Source: Octopus vulgaris (lineage: Eukaryota). Taken from it: a stretch of DNA of 64,000 nucleotides. Of this stretch, positions 27,786-41,649 are shown one piece after another. The translations under genes and the position numbers were made by a program. Location of the stretch: assembly GCA_951406725.2 (NCBI GenBank), contig OX597819.1, positions 129,890,001-129,954,000 of the forward strand. Direction: 5' to 3'. Position 1 is the first letter of the stretch. Each line of letters starts with the position of its first letter. The notes beneath the pieces are model-generated. The model was not told where the DNA came from, searched no databases, and worked only from the letters and a program-made list of their open reading frames with translations.

Positions 27786-28990
27786 TAAATAGTGAGAAAG
27801 AGACACAACCATACTAGTTACTCGCAAATGAATATGAGTTTGTAGCATGTAACATGCATTTGCTAATTGCTTTAAATGTCTAAGTAGTCTCGAGCAGTTG
27901 TAGACGTTCTCTCAAACCTCTCACACCTGACTTAACAGAATATCTGGGATATGACAGCCGGAAAGATTGAGGGTGAGCAGCATCAATACTCAGTTGATAT
28001 TCATTTTCAATTGGTTAGTTTATAATAAGCAGAAATGACGTGTCTAACTCAAGAAGAAAACGTGTCATTAGGTCCAGGGTTTAGAAATCAAACTACAGCG
28101 TTATGATTGTGAGAAAATAGCTTAACTAAGCAACAGAATCGGTGCAACAAACACAAATGCCTTTTCATACTTCGCAGTAACCATTTACGTTCTGTTTACC
28201 TGTCCATTTACACCTATTATGATGTTTGGATTTCCTTCTATCGAGTTTGATAATAGTACTGAATGCTGTGCCCTAGGACGACTGCAGTTCAATAACTGAA
28301 ACCTATAAAAGAATAATTGAACATAGTGGATCGCTCATGCATGCAGTTATGTTCCTTTGAAGTGAGATAGGTTTTCCTTAGATATCTCTCTAGATCATTA
28401 TCATCATCCAGATCATTATCATCATCATGAATGAGTTGAACTTTCAAATATGTAAATGTGAACAAGGAGAGATGATTAGATGCCGTCTGCGAATAAATTC
28501 TGTTTCAAAGTTGATAAATTCACATCTGTTCCAATGGGAACGATGGTATTATATCTTTCATACGCAGGTTTCTCCAAAAATCTGGTATCTAGTAAGTTAA
28601 AGGGCGATGTACTGAATAGTGTAAGCAATGAACTCTAAATGATTGAAATTTCACTCATAGTTGGAGAAACAAAGCAGAAACTCAGTAGTAAAATTGTTAA
28701 CAAGTCTCAGAGGAAAAGGGAAATAATTTTAAGAAATTAAGAATTAGCTTCTTAAGTTTTTAAAAGAGAGCCTAATATTTGCTTGCAAGCATAAAACATT
28801 TTTAGCATTTTTCTGTTTATCGGGCCTCATTAGCAAAACAAGTGACGCATTAATAGAGTGTTGGAAGCGATGCCATGGTTCTAGCTCTCAATCTTCTGAG
28901 TTCAAATCCCACCAAGATCTCTGTCTTTAATATTATTTCGAGGTTGATCAATAAAGAACCAGCTAAATACTGATAACTGTGAGTCCCATC

Positions 28991-29190
<200 letters not shown>

Positions 29191-30636
29191 CTTTAACTTT
29201 CTCTCCCTTTGAATATATTACGTTGAAGAGGTGGGGTAGTGGAAAAAAAAAAAGATTGTTCATGTCGTAACTCCACCAATAATTTTTCATGATTCTGTAG
29301 ACTCGCTAAAAATTAAAGAACCGCATGCTGCAGTGTAACCGGGTGTACCATCCACTGGATAAATTCTTATTTCAACAATTAAGTGCCAAAAAAAAAACAT
29401 GGCTCATAAAACAAGTGTTTATCTCACAGACAAAAAAAAATAAATAAATGAACATCAGCCGCGGATTTGAACTCGTGTGCTTATAACCGTAAACCAATAC
29501 GTTAACCATTCAGCCAATCGTTCCATCGTGATCGAATCATTGCAACTCCAAAACAGTGAAAATTTAAATCTAGTTTCGTCAATTCCATGATTATATTTGT
29601 CAATTTGAAAAGAAAGACACTACAACCAGCCAATGAACATCGCCGCTTTTCAGTTAACGAGAGACATATTTTATTCTTTAATTGTTTAAATTTCAATGTA
29701 TATATATTTATATATTTATATATATATATTTTATTTTATTCGGAAATTTTCCGAAAATTTCACGAATTTTCCCCAATATGTTTAGAAATTCGCTTTATTT
29801 TCAGTAATTATTATGTTATGATCAAAGTTAATTTTATTGAATGATATTAAAATTTATAATGAAATCAAGCTGATTCTGAAGATTCTTATGGAATTTTTAT
29901 ACGTTAATTATTGCAAATTAAGAACATCTTAAAACAATTTACAAATCTGAAAGCTATTTTTGAAAAATTACCTTTTGTTTTAGCTTGTTTATTTTATTGT
30001 TTTTGTTTCTTTTCCCATTCTATGTAAAGTCTTTTAAGAAGGAAATAAAGAAGGAATTGAAATATTTCCATTTTTAGTAATTTTTGATTAAACAATTTGA
30101 TAAAATTGTTCTCTGCTTTTCTTTCTCTTGTTTTGATATTGTGACTGTTGTTGTCTGTTCTTCTTGTTGTTGCTGTTGTTGTCGTTGATTATAGTTGCCG
30201 CTGTGTTGCTATTCCTACTTCTCCAAGCAAGGTTTCTGCTATTCTTTGTTTTACAAACAAAAGAAAATTACAGATCCACTACACTTAAATAAATCTAGAA
30301 TATATATACACACACGCGCACGTGATTATATAACACATATGTGCATGTGAGTATGTGTATGAATACATGTCTATAACTATATGTGTGTGTGTGTGTGTGT
30401 GTGCACGCGTCAATGTAAATTGGTGCGTTGAACAAAGATACTTTGTATTGTTTAAGATTTGAGTTACGTCGCTTTACACTAAAGAGGGCAACCATTCAAT
30501 AGAAAGATGAAACAAGTAAAGGGACCACGCATTGGGGCTGATACAATCAAGTAAAATCCCTGGGGAAATTTTGAGCTTTAGAAGGGTCAGCATCCAAACT
30601 CTGAAGCCAGTAAAATAGTGAGTGTATGTATGTATC

Positions 30637-30790
30637 TTTCTCTCCTTGTTTTTCCTGTGTCCCTTTCTGTGGAAAAGCGTAGGCTCAAAACGTAAAAGAC
30701 TTTTCTACTCCTGAGCGTTATACTAATACATCTGTTTGTTTTGTACACCACCTGTCTTCGTCTTTTGTTTTTTTTCGTAAACTCTCCCTA
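30637..30790 (+). mobile_element. Second copy of the 11.1-kb Penelope-like remnant; hammerhead core mutated (GAAA to AAAA)
   Basis: Near-identical to 11080-11235 and ends on (TA)n. Confidence 0.7.
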
Positions 30791-30842
30791 TATATATATA
30801 TGCATATATATATACGTAATAAGAATACGTAATATATATACG

Positions 30843-30972
30843 TAATAAGAAGCTTGCTTCCCAGCCACATGGTTCCGGGTTCAATACCACAGTATGGCAC
30901 TTTGGGAAAGTAGCTTCTAGTATACTCTTGAGCCGACCACTGTGTGTGTGTCTGCTTGTGTGTGTGCGTGTG

Positions 30973-31003
<31 letters not shown>

Positions 31004-31195
31004 TTATATTAGTCCCCTACAATCGATTGACAACTGATGTTGGTGTATTTATGTCCCCGTAACCTAGCGGTTCGGCAAAAGATCCGACAGAATAAGTACC
31101 AAGCTTTAAAAAATAATTCATTCAGCTAAAATTCTTCAAGGTGGTGCCCCAGTATGACCGAAGTCTAATGACTGAAACAAATAAAGATAAAAGAA
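30843..31195 (+). mobile_element. SINE family C (diverged, internally deleted)
   Basis: GGTTCCGGGTTCAATACC, CCCCGTAACCTAGCGGTTCGGCAAAA and GGTGGTGCCCCAGTATG. Confidence 0.85.
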
Positions 31196-31214
31196 ATATA
31201 TATCGATATATATA

Positions 31215-31694
31215 TATATAAAAGATTTGTATATAACAAGGGCGCTTTTTCTTAAAAATACACCAGCTTTGCTAAAGATAGGGGTCAAAACACTCCGAAG
31301 CCATATAAATTAACTCTATATTTTCACAGGCATGGTTGGAAAAAAAATTAAGTGAAATAAGGATTGCATCTTACCTCTGCAAAATTACAAGACGGAATGT
31401 TAACTTGATATCAAGATTTCGAATCTAGCGCTCCCACCAAAAAAAAAAAATGCTCGATTCTCCTCAGTCAAGTCTACTTAGTAACAAAACCTTTATATAT
31501 CACTTACTAGTAGGTTGACTGAGGAGAATCAAGCGTGTTTTTTTGGCGCTAAATTCGAAATCATGATATCATGCCTGTGAAAATATAGTGTTAATTTTTA
31601 TGGCAGCTTCGGAGTGTTTTGACTCCTACCTTTAGCAAAGCTGGTGTTTTCTTTTTTAAAGCGCTCTTGTTATATATAATTCTTTTATATATAT
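31215..31694. mobile_element. 480-bp imperfect palindrome in (TA)n with a hammerhead motif in each arm (inverted Penelope-like terminal repeats)
   Basis: The arms are reverse complements (e.g. CACCAGCTTTGCTAAAG and CTTTAGCAAAGCTGGTG). Hammerheads at 31403-31473 (-) and 31516-31571 (+). Confidence 0.75.
31403..31473 (-). ncRNA. Type-I hammerhead ribozyme motif, intact core
   Basis: ACTTGA CTGAGGA GAATC..GATTC GAAA TC tt GA T A TCAAGT: 6-bp stem I, 5-bp stem II, minimal stem III, AUA triplet. Confidence 0.8.
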
Positions 31695-31960
31695 CTATTA
31701 ATTTTGCCTATACAGTTTTAGCTTGAAGGCACTGTGGTGTTGGTGGTAAGGATGATGATGGTATTGAAAACGTTTTTGATGGTGGTGTTGCTGCTGCTGA
31801 TGAAGTCCATCATGATGATGAACATGATGATTATTATGATGGTGAAGATGAGAGTCCTACAGCTTTTGTTAGCGGCAATGTTTTTGATCTTGGTCCTGGT
31901 GGTGGTAGTGGTGGTAGTGCTAATAGTTGTTGTTGCTGTTCCTGCTGCTGTCTAGTTAAT

Positions 31961-32280
31961 GGCACTTCGTCGGTGAAGACGACGAAGGATCCAGTTGATC
32001 CGATCAACGGAGCAGCCTGCTCTTGAAATTAACGCTCAAGTGGCTGAGCAACTCCAAGGACGCGTACCCTTAACATAGTTCTTAGGGTGATTCAGCGTGA
32101 CACAGAATGTGACAAAGCCGCCCCCCTTTGAATTACAGGTACTACGCATATTTGCCAGCTGAGAGTACTGGAGTAATGTGAAATAAAGTGTCCTGCTCAA
32201 GGACACAACGCGTCACCTGGAATTGAACTCATAACCTTGCGAACGTGAGCCGAATACCCTAATCACTAAGCCATGCGCTT
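31961..32280 (-). mobile_element. tRNA-derived SINE with a CORE-like middle and the same tail as the 50.6-kb SINE
   Basis: Head GCGCATGGCTTAGTG..GAGTTCAATTCC, middle TGTGTCCTTGAGCAGGACACTTT, tail TGTGTCACGCTGAAT...CCGACGAAGTGCC. Confidence 0.82.
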
Positions 32281-33369
32281 CTGCACTGTTTATTTATTCC
32301 AGGTCTAACCCTTCTCATGAAGACCTATTATCAAAAGACATGCCAGCCGCCGTGAGAATCAGAACTTTTGCCTTCATATTGGGAACCCATCACCATATTA
32401 TAGAATGTGTCCACAAGTTAACAACATAGCATTTCTGTGGGGATTTCACATGCTAGAAATAACTGTTCAATATTCATCAAACCCCATACTCTGTTCTTCC
32501 ATCCACCCACCCATCCATCCATCCATCCATCCACCCACCCACCCATTTTTGTCGTCAATTATTCTTGGTGGGATCGAGATGGGTGGAATCCTCCGGTACC
32601 TCTTCCACAGCGTCCTATCACAAGCAACCATCATTAGACATTCCTGCTATATCTCTAAGTGTGACCAAACGAGGTTATTGATATACTGTGCAACAAATTT
32701 CAGGTTCAAAACAAATACAAGATAACTAAGACTTGTTTTTGGGTCAAAAAATTGTCCTGATTCTTATTCTGACCTTTATTTCTCTAGATTAGGTACCGTT
32801 TTCCTCTACCATGAACCATATGTTTTATAATATACTGCATAATATTGCGTATTGAACACAACATTGCAAATATTGAAAGTTACAGAAAACAAAACAAAAA
32901 AATTAGTTGGTATAGCAAAACATATTGATTACGAATTAATAACACACCTATCGGTTTAAACAGCTTTTGTCCTTCTAAGCCTCTTGTGCGGAGTGTGGTC
33001 TTTTTTTATACCCAAGCAGTAGTCTATCAACATGCCAGGGTTCCATTTTCCTTTGAAACCATGCCTAATTCAACAAAAAGAAGGCCATAAATGGTGGATT
33101 TCCCGTGTCATTTTGCATATAAAAATGGCCACAGATCTCTTGTACTTATTTGAGTGTTGCACAGTGATATTATCCGACTATTTCTCTCTTGGTCTACCCT
33201 AGATTTCCTACCGGCCCCAATCGAGTTCTATGTGGCCCTTAGGGATCCATATCAGATTCTACTCTTCAAATTTACATGCAAACTGGTTATACTTCGGCAA
33301 TACACAAAATATTTAAACTTTTATAATACACTTCCTTAAAATATTCAAGAATTTTTTTTATATACATAA

Positions 33370-33781
33370 GCGCAGGAGTGGCTGTGTGGTAAGTAGCTTG
33401 CTTAACAACCACATGGTTCCGGGTTCCGTCCCACTGCGTGGCACCTTAGGCAAGTGTCTTCTACTATAGCCTCGGGCCGACCAAAGCCTTGTGAGTGGAT
33501 TTGGTAGACGGAAACTGAAAGAAGCCCGTCGTATATATGTATATATATATGTGTGTGTGTGCGTGTATGTTTGTGTGTCTGTGTTTGTCCCCCTAGCATT
33601 GCTTGACAACCGATGCTGGTGTGTTTATGTCCCCGTTACTTAGCGGTTAGGCAAAAGAGACCGATTGAATAAGTACTGGGCTTACAAAGAATAAGTCCTG
33701 GGGTCGAGTTGCTCGATTAAAAGGTGGTGCTCCAGCATGGCCGCAGTCAAATGACTGAAACAAGTAAAAGAGTAAAAGAGT
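33370..33781 (+). mobile_element. SINE family C, full length
   Basis: Matches the family consensus with a (GTAAAAGA)2 tail. Confidence 0.93.
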
Positions 33782-33785
33782 AATA

Positions 33786-34763
33786 GGCACAGGCGTGGCT
33801 GTGTGGTAATAACTTTGCTTCCAGCCACATGGTTCCGGGTTCAGTCCCACTTTGTCGCATCTTGGGCAAATGTCTTCTCCTATAGCCTCGGGCTAACCAA
33901 AGCTTTGAGAGTGGATTTGGTAGACAGAAACTGAAAGAAGCCTGTCGTATATATGTATATGTACACGCACACTACGCACGCGCGTACATATATCTATGTA
34001 TGTGCATATGTACATATATATAATATATATATGTGTGTGTTTATGTATATATACATATATATGTGTGAGTGTGTATATGTATGTATACATATATATATGT
34101 GTGTGTATATGTATATATACATATATATATGTGTGTTTATATATATATATACATATATATATATGTGTGTGTATATATATATATATACATATGTATATGT
34201 GTGTGTATATGTATATATATACATATGTATATGTGTGTGTATATGTATATATATTCATATGTATATGTGTGTGTATATGTATATATATACATATGTATAT
34301 GTGTGTGTATATGTATATATACATATATATATGTGTGTGTATATGTATATATACATATGTATATGTGTGTGTATATGTATACATACATATGTATATGTGT
34401 GTATATGTATATATACATATGTATATGTGTGTGTATATGTATACATACATATGTATATGTGTGTATATGTATATATACATATGTATATGTGTGTGTATAT
34501 GTATATATATGTGTATATATATATATATATGATATATGTATGTATGCGTGTATATGTATGTGTATATATATATATATATGATATATGTATGTATGCGTGT
34601 ATATGTGTGTTTGTCTACACTTGTCCCTCCCATCACCCCTTGACAACCGGTGCTAGTGTGTTTACGTCCCCGTAACTTAGAGGTTCGGCAGAAAAATCTG
34701 TTCAAGACGGTGCTGCAGCTTGGCCACAGTCAAATGACTGAAACAGGAGAAAGAATAAAAGAA
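33786..34763 (+). mobile_element. SINE family C with an internal TA/TG microsatellite expanded to about 660 bp
   Basis: Head at 33786-33948 and tail at 34610-34763 flank the expansion. Confidence 0.88.
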
Positions 34764-36075
34764 TACATCGAATTGCCATGGAAGGCCAGAAGAACACAAC
34801 AGTAATCAAAGGATTCCATGGACCGAAGTTGGTTGAGAACTGGTGTTCTACGCACATGTCCGTAATATGGTAGTACCGAGATTCTAACCACATATCCACA
34901 GTATCCTGTCGAGTAACGTAGCTCTAATTTGGCCGCATCTCTGCACGATTGTGCTTTTTCGGTCATTTATCGAACATTCATGATCGAAGGCGAGGATAGG
35001 TGTGAAACCGTTGGTAGAAAAACAATTTCTGGAGAACGTGGGTTTCTTGCACAAATGGAAAAGACAGAATGGTGCAAGCTGAAATGCCTTTGGTCGCAGA
35101 CCTACTCATACAGGACCAGGCCAGGGGCTAAATTACATCAACCACAAAAACGAAAAAAATGTTACTTTTTCTAAGAAAGGATGTGATTTAATGAAGATTT
35201 TGATTACGATTTCTAGCAGGTAGAGGGACCACTGAGAGACTCCTTCAATGACACATGATGATGATGATGATGATTATGAAGAACAAGTTGTGATGGTGGA
35301 CGTAGTAGTGGTTGTATTGGTGGGGTTGTTGTAGTGGTAGTAGTATTGGTGGCGTGTTGATGGTGCTGGTGGCAGGAATGGTGGTGGCGATGGTGATAGC
35401 GGTGGTGGTGGTGGAGGTGGTGGTAGTGGTAACAACGGCAGCGGTGATCACGGTGGTTTCGGTAACGATGGTGTCTGAGGAGGTGACAGCGATCCAGAAG
35501 CTATTGGTGTTCGGTTACAGTTATCTTTAATTAGTTGCCAATATTCTGGCGACACATTCTCGCCGTGATCTGCAAAGTAATATATTACAGCATCTAATCA
35601 GGACACATCACACACAAGATGTATTACCTGCTCTGCCATCCTTCATTGGCTTGAACTATTGCCAGCTCTCGTGTCAGACTGTCTACCTGTATGTCTCTTA
35701 CAAACTATACATATGTATATATATGAACGTCTGCATGTATGTAGGCTTGTGTGTGTGTGTGTGACATTACCAGTCTGGTTTTCCATTGTCTTCCTCTATC
35801 TATCGACTCGTAATGGATTCATAATGTGAATGATACTGCTCCTTGCTACTCTTGCTTAATTGTTTCTTACTGTAGAGAGACACTGATAAGAGTATTACAG
35901 TCTTGATACAGCTACAACACGCACTCACACATACACACACACACACACACGCATATATACGCATATACAGACAGGTAGATGGCTATAGAAAGATAAATAC
36001 ATGTATAGATAAATAGCTAAGTACATATAGAGGCAGGCAGAGAGACTGACAGACTGATAGTTATTCCGGTGACTG

Positions 36076-36133
<58 letters not shown>

Positions 36134-36312
36134 GAGAAAGATAGATAGATAGATAGATGGATGGATGGATGGATGGATGGATGGATGGATGGATGGATGG
36201 ATGGCTGGATGGATGGATGGATGGATGGATGGATGGGTGGATGGATGGATGGATGGATGGATGAATAGACACATGGATGGATGGATGGATGGATGAATGG
36301 ATGGATAGATAG
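36076..36312. repeat. (GATA)n/(GATG)n microsatellite
   Basis: Read directly from the sequence. Confidence 0.96.
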
Positions 36313-36576
36313 ATATGTTATAGTCCGATAGAAAAACTACATATATGTAGTGTGTATGCGTGTGTATGTTTGTATGTATGTATACGTTTGTTCGTGCGTG
36401 AGTGCGTGCGTGTGTTTGTATACAGAGGTAGATATATGGTGAGATATGTATATATACATACATAGAGAGAGAGTGAGAGTGAGAAAGAGAGAGATAGGGA
36501 AGCAGACGGAAAGCGAGAGAGAGATGTGTGTGTATATGTATATATATAAATATATATGTGTTTGTGTGTGTGTGTA

Positions 36577-36616
<40 letters not shown>

Positions 36617-36837
36617 TATAAGGGCAACTCCTGAGTAGGTGCACATGCTAGAAATAGATGCCAAATGACTCTAAAACTGGTGTCTACTTCTAACATGTGG
36701 TGCTACTCAGTTATTTTGTCCTTATAATTATATTTATAAAATGACATACTTTGCATTAATTTTTACTTAAATGGTTTTTTACATGATTGCTACTTGATAA
36801 AATCTTATATAGATTTTATCTTTTACAATAATAATGA

Positions 36838-36887
<50 letters not shown>

Positions 36888-36891
<4 letters not shown>

Positions 36892-37050
36892 AGAGTTTAC
36901 AAAAAAAAACCAAAAGACGAAGAAATGTGGTGTACAAAACAAACAGATGTATTAGTATAACGCTGAGGAATAGAAAAAGTCTTTTACGTTTCGAGCCTAC
37001 GCTCTTCTACAGAAAGGGACACAGAAAAAAAAAAACAAGGAGAAAAAAAG
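36888..37050 (-). mobile_element. Third copy of the 11.1-kb Penelope-like remnant; hammerhead-variant motif at 36981-37016
   Basis: Reverse complement of 11080-11235, with its 3' end on (TA)n. Confidence 0.7.
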
Positions 37051-37689
37051 GAGAGAAAAAAAGGAGAGAGAGATAGAGATAGAGAAACAGTTACATAGAA
37101 AATTAGATGGATTAGTGAATATATATGTGCATATATTACATAATATATATGTATTATATATATAAATACATTATATATATATATAATTTATATATAATAT
37201 GTAATTTTATGTATATATATATATACATATATATATGTGTATACACACATACATACATAGAGGTAGAGAGAGAGAGAGAGAGAGAAAAGGAGAGAGAGGA
37301 GATAAGGGGGAATGGAGAGGGAGAGAGAGAGAGAGAGAAAAGGAGGGAGAGGAGATAAGGGGGAATGGGGAGGGAGAGAGAGAGAGAGAGATAGAGAGAG
37401 AAAGATACACACCAGGTAAAAGGCAAAGCCTCTGTCAAACCTTCATTTTAGAAAATTTCGCGACAGTTCTTCCTTGTGAAGGAAACACGATACTCGCAGC
37501 CACTTCCAGAACCGTCTATTCTTTCAATCAGACCGGTAATTTATCACTGTTCCGTCCAACTTCACCCCCATTCTCACTGGCACCATTATTTTATCCATAT
37601 TTATCCCCGTGTCGCCTGCTTTCTCCCACTGTCCCACTCCCCACCCTCCCTTATTCCTTCCAAACTTCAATCTCCTGCTACTCCACCAC

Positions 37690-38045
37690 TAGCATCGCCA
37701 CCGCCGCCGCTGAGGCCTTCAACATCATCATCATCATCATCATCATCTTGCTACCACCGATACCATCTCCCCGCCATCGCCGCCACCACCGCCACCACCG
37801 CCACCACCAGCCACTCCGAAACCACCTACCCTATCACCACTTTACAAACACCACCGCCACCATAACCACCGCCACCACCACTACAACCAGCAGCATCACA
37901 ACCAACACCAAGCACCAGCACCACAACCACCACCACGATCACCACCACCACCACCACCACCACCACCACAGTTATCGCTATCATCATCGTCGTCGTCGTC
38001 ATCGTTCTCATTCATCGTCGTTGACATCGTCATCATCGGCATCAT
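37690..38045. repeat. (CCA)n/(CAT)n/(CGT)n low-complexity tract
   Basis: Read directly from the sequence. Confidence 0.9.
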
Positions 38046-38254
38046 TATCCCCAAACCTTCACAGCTACCTCTCTCACCACATTTATTACCATCCACATTT
38101 CACAAAATAGCAGCGAAATCTCTCTTTCTAATTCCGCTCCACTGGTCGGAAGGACTCGTTGGATAATATTAGTCCTAGACATATTATGTTTGGAAACATG
38201 GCGAGATTGTTACGGCGAGAACGCCATTGGTCATTGGGCAACACTGTCATAACC

Positions 38255-38398
38255 CATTTCTTTACTGCCACAAGGGGCTAAACATTGAGGGGACAAACAA
38301 GGACAGACACACGGATTAAACCGATTACATCGACCCCAGTGCGTAACTGGTATTTATTTAATCGACCCCGAAAGGATGAAAGGCAAAGTCGACCTCGA
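38255..38398 (-). mobile_element. 5'-truncated SINE B
   Basis: Tail ATTTCTTTACTGCCACAAGGGGC through GTCGACCTCG. Confidence 0.88.
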
Positions 38399-38664
38399 TC
38401 CGGCGCTGATCTACGATCGTTGTTGAAAACGATGACTACGACAACAATAAGAACAATAACATAATTAGCAGCAATAGCGGCTTATCCAGATCTTGAACCA
38501 TTGTCCATTATCTTCACAACGATCGTTTGCAACATAGTTTTAAAAAAATATCGCTGTTCTAATTGTGTTTAATATTAGGTTAGTTATAATTGCAGTTCTT
38601 TGATCAAAGGTGTTCAGGCAACGATCGTCCCGTCTATATTTACTCTTCACTATAAGACAATGGG

Positions 38665-38967
38665 TGGAGACACATGGCCTAGTGGTTAGAGCAGCGGACT
38701 CGCGGTCGAGGGATCGCGGGTTCGCATCTCAGACCGGGCGATGTGTGTGTTTATGAGCAAAAACACCTAAGCTCCACGCGGCTCCGGCAGAAGATAATGG
38801 CGAACTTCTGCTGATTCTTTTGCCACAACTTTCTCTCACTCTTTCCTCCTGCATCTTGCAGCTCACCTGCGACGGACCGCTGTCCCGTCCAGGTGGGGAA
38901 CCTATACGCCAAGGAAACCGGGAAACCAGGCCTTATGAGCCAGGCGTGGCTCGAGAAGGAACAAACA
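38665..38967 (+). mobile_element. SINE with an A-type head but a different tail (Meta/V-domain-like); 13-bp TSD
   Basis: TSD ATAAGACAATGGG at 38652-38664 and 38968-38980. Tail CCTGCGACGGACCGCTGTCCCGTCCAGG...GGAAACCGGG. Confidence 0.85.
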
Positions 38968-39537
38968 ATAAGACAATGGGATGTGATTTAAGGGATGTTT
39001 TACTGCTAATTCTAGCAGGTCCAGTAACGATGAAGAAGCTTTGTCATGGCTTCATGCATATATTGTATTGTTGTTATTGTTCGACGCTGGGCGTCTCTAA
39101 TCAAGAAAACTGAGGATCAAAGAATTTCAAACAATAGCCAACTCGTTTATTTGGGGCTATGCCATAGGACTAAGTTATTCGATGTGTTCTTTCCTTATGT
39201 AAGACCGAACTGTTTCAGCTGAGTGGGAGCTGGCTGCGAGTTCCTGCAGTCTGAGCGACCACATAGAAACTCCAGCGAAATGCTTAGCGGTGTTTCGTCT
39301 GCCGTTACGTTCTGAGTTCAAATTCCGCCGAGGTCGACTTTGCCTTTCATCTTTTCGGGGTTGATAAATTAAGTAGCAGTTATATATATAAAGGATTTTT
39401 ATCTTTACTATTGAATAATTGTAACATATTATTTTATAGATAAATTATTTTATAGATAATATTATTTTATAGATAAATTTCCTCTATATACATAATATTG
39501 AGGTCTCTTTCTTTCTTTTGTTAGCTTACCGTTTTTA

Positions 39538-39569
<32 letters not shown>

Positions 39570-39576
<7 letters not shown>

Positions 39577-39850
39577 CTGAAGATATGCGTGTGTGTTCAT
39601 GCACGGGCACGTGCATCAATAAAACTCGAGAACTACCCAACCAATTTCATTCAAGCCTTATACATAAACTGTTTAGGGTGCATGGGGCGTCATGGACCCA
39701 AAAAGTTCCAACTTCTTGCCTAATGCGAGCTTGGTGCAATCTCTTACACTGTTTCGGTATTACGTGTTAAAAGTGAAACAATAACATCTCTACTGTAATG
39801 TGAGATAATAGTTTCAGTTCTGATAGTTTCACTATTAATACTTTCATTAT
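39570..39850 (+). mobile_element. Probable Helitron-related non-autonomous fragment
   Basis: TATATAACTGAAG..GTGTGTG..AACTCGAGAACTAC..CCAATTTCATTCAA, starting in (TA)n. No CTAG end was seen. Confidence 0.35.
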
Positions 39851-39879
39851 GTATATAATATATACATTGTGAAATTATT

Positions 39880-39968
39880 ATCTTACTTTATATATATATA
39901 TGCATATATAATATTATATGTATACATATGTATATACATATATATATATATAAGCATATATATATGCA

Positions 39969-40016
<48 letters not shown>

Positions 40017-40237
40017 TTTATATATATATATATACGTATATATATGCATATATATATATACATATATATATATACATATATATATATATACATATATATA
40101 TGCACGCATATATATATATATGTATATATATATATGTATGTATAAATATGTATAGATGTATTTGTATCCATGTATACATATACATGTAGATATATAGATT
40201 ATATATGTATATATCTATGTATATATATGTGTATGTA

Positions 40238-40277
<40 letters not shown>

Positions 40278-40607
40278 TGTATGTATGTGTATCTATATGT
40301 GTACGTATGTGTATGTGTATATATATTCATATATATAGATGTGTATAGATGTATATGTATAGATGGATATATGTAGATTTATATATATATATATGTATAT
40401 ATGTATATACATGTATATATATGTGTGTGTGTATATATATATGTATGTATATATATATATGCATATATATGTACATATATACGCATGTATACATGAGTGT
40501 ATATATATGTACATATATAGGAATGTATATATATATATGTATATATATGCATATGTATATATTTCTATATGCATATATATGTATATATGTATATATGTAT
40601 AAATATA

Positions 40608-40650
<43 letters not shown>
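39880..40650. repeat. (TA)n-rich degenerate microsatellite
   Basis: Read directly from the sequence. Confidence 0.95.
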
Positions 40651-40656
<6 letters not shown>

Positions 40657-41465
40657 ATATTTCGGAATGGTCATATTGCCAGTTTAGCCAATAAAAACAC
40701 ACGCACTATATATTTGGTGTTATTTTGCTTCAGTGATATTTATTTTTTACATTAATCTTAATCTTATTTCGGCCAAAGTTCTTTCGTCACACTCCTGTGA
40801 CCGCATCAGTGGTCCTTTGTTTTCTTCTCACTTACTTGTGTCTCTCCTTACTAACCGTCAGCCATTTTGTATTTCTATTGTATGTCTTCATTTGCGCATG
40901 CTTATATCTCTATGTGCGTCTATGTTTATTTAGTGTGTGGGGGGGATGTCTGTAATATTTGTATCTTCTGGTTATATACATTCTTGTAATTTGTATTTTG
41001 TTTTTGTTGTTGTTGCTTTTGTTCTAATTTTGTTCATGTGTTTACATCCACCCATTATTATCATTACATATGCTTGTATGTATGTATAACAACAATATTA
41101 GTAATAATAATAATAAATCTAATCGATCTAAATAAACATAGACGCACATAGAGATATAAGCATGCGCAAATGAAGACATACAATAGAAATACAAAATGGC
41201 TGACGGTTAGTAAGGAGAGACACAAGTAAGTGAGAAGAAAACAAAGGACCACTGATGCGGTCACAGGAGTGTGACGAAAGAACTTTGGCCGAAATAAGAT
41301 TAAGATTAATGTAAAAAATAAATATCACTGAAGCAAAATAACACCAAATATATAGTGCGTGTGTTTTTATTGGCTAAACTGGCAATATGACCATTCCGAA
41401 ATATAACAATATCTGTTTCAACACACGACTTCACATAAAAAATCTTGCACAACAAATATTTAAAC

Positions 41466-41466
<1 letters not shown>
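40651..41466. mobile_element. Penelope-like element remnant with 283-bp inverted repeats (40651-40933 and 41128-41410)
   Basis: The arms appear identical (same 66-aa ORF on both strands in the track). Each arm has a hammerhead-like motif. The spacer minus strand encodes IMGGCKHMNK...KYKLQECI*, resembling the C-[RK]-H-x-N-K end of some PLE ORFs. Confidence 0.72.
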
Positions 41467-41539
<73 letters not shown>

Positions 41540-41592
41540 ACATATATGTGTACATATATATACACGTATATATATATATGTATATGTAAATA

Positions 41593-41647
<55 letters not shown>

Positions 41648-41649
<2 letters not shown>

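Noticed and set aside
29455-29520. tRNA gene on the minus strand (A and B boxes present)
   Set aside because: No complete cloverleaf or acceptor stem; more likely an old SINE head. The SINE A, B and C heads were rejected as tRNA genes for the same reason.
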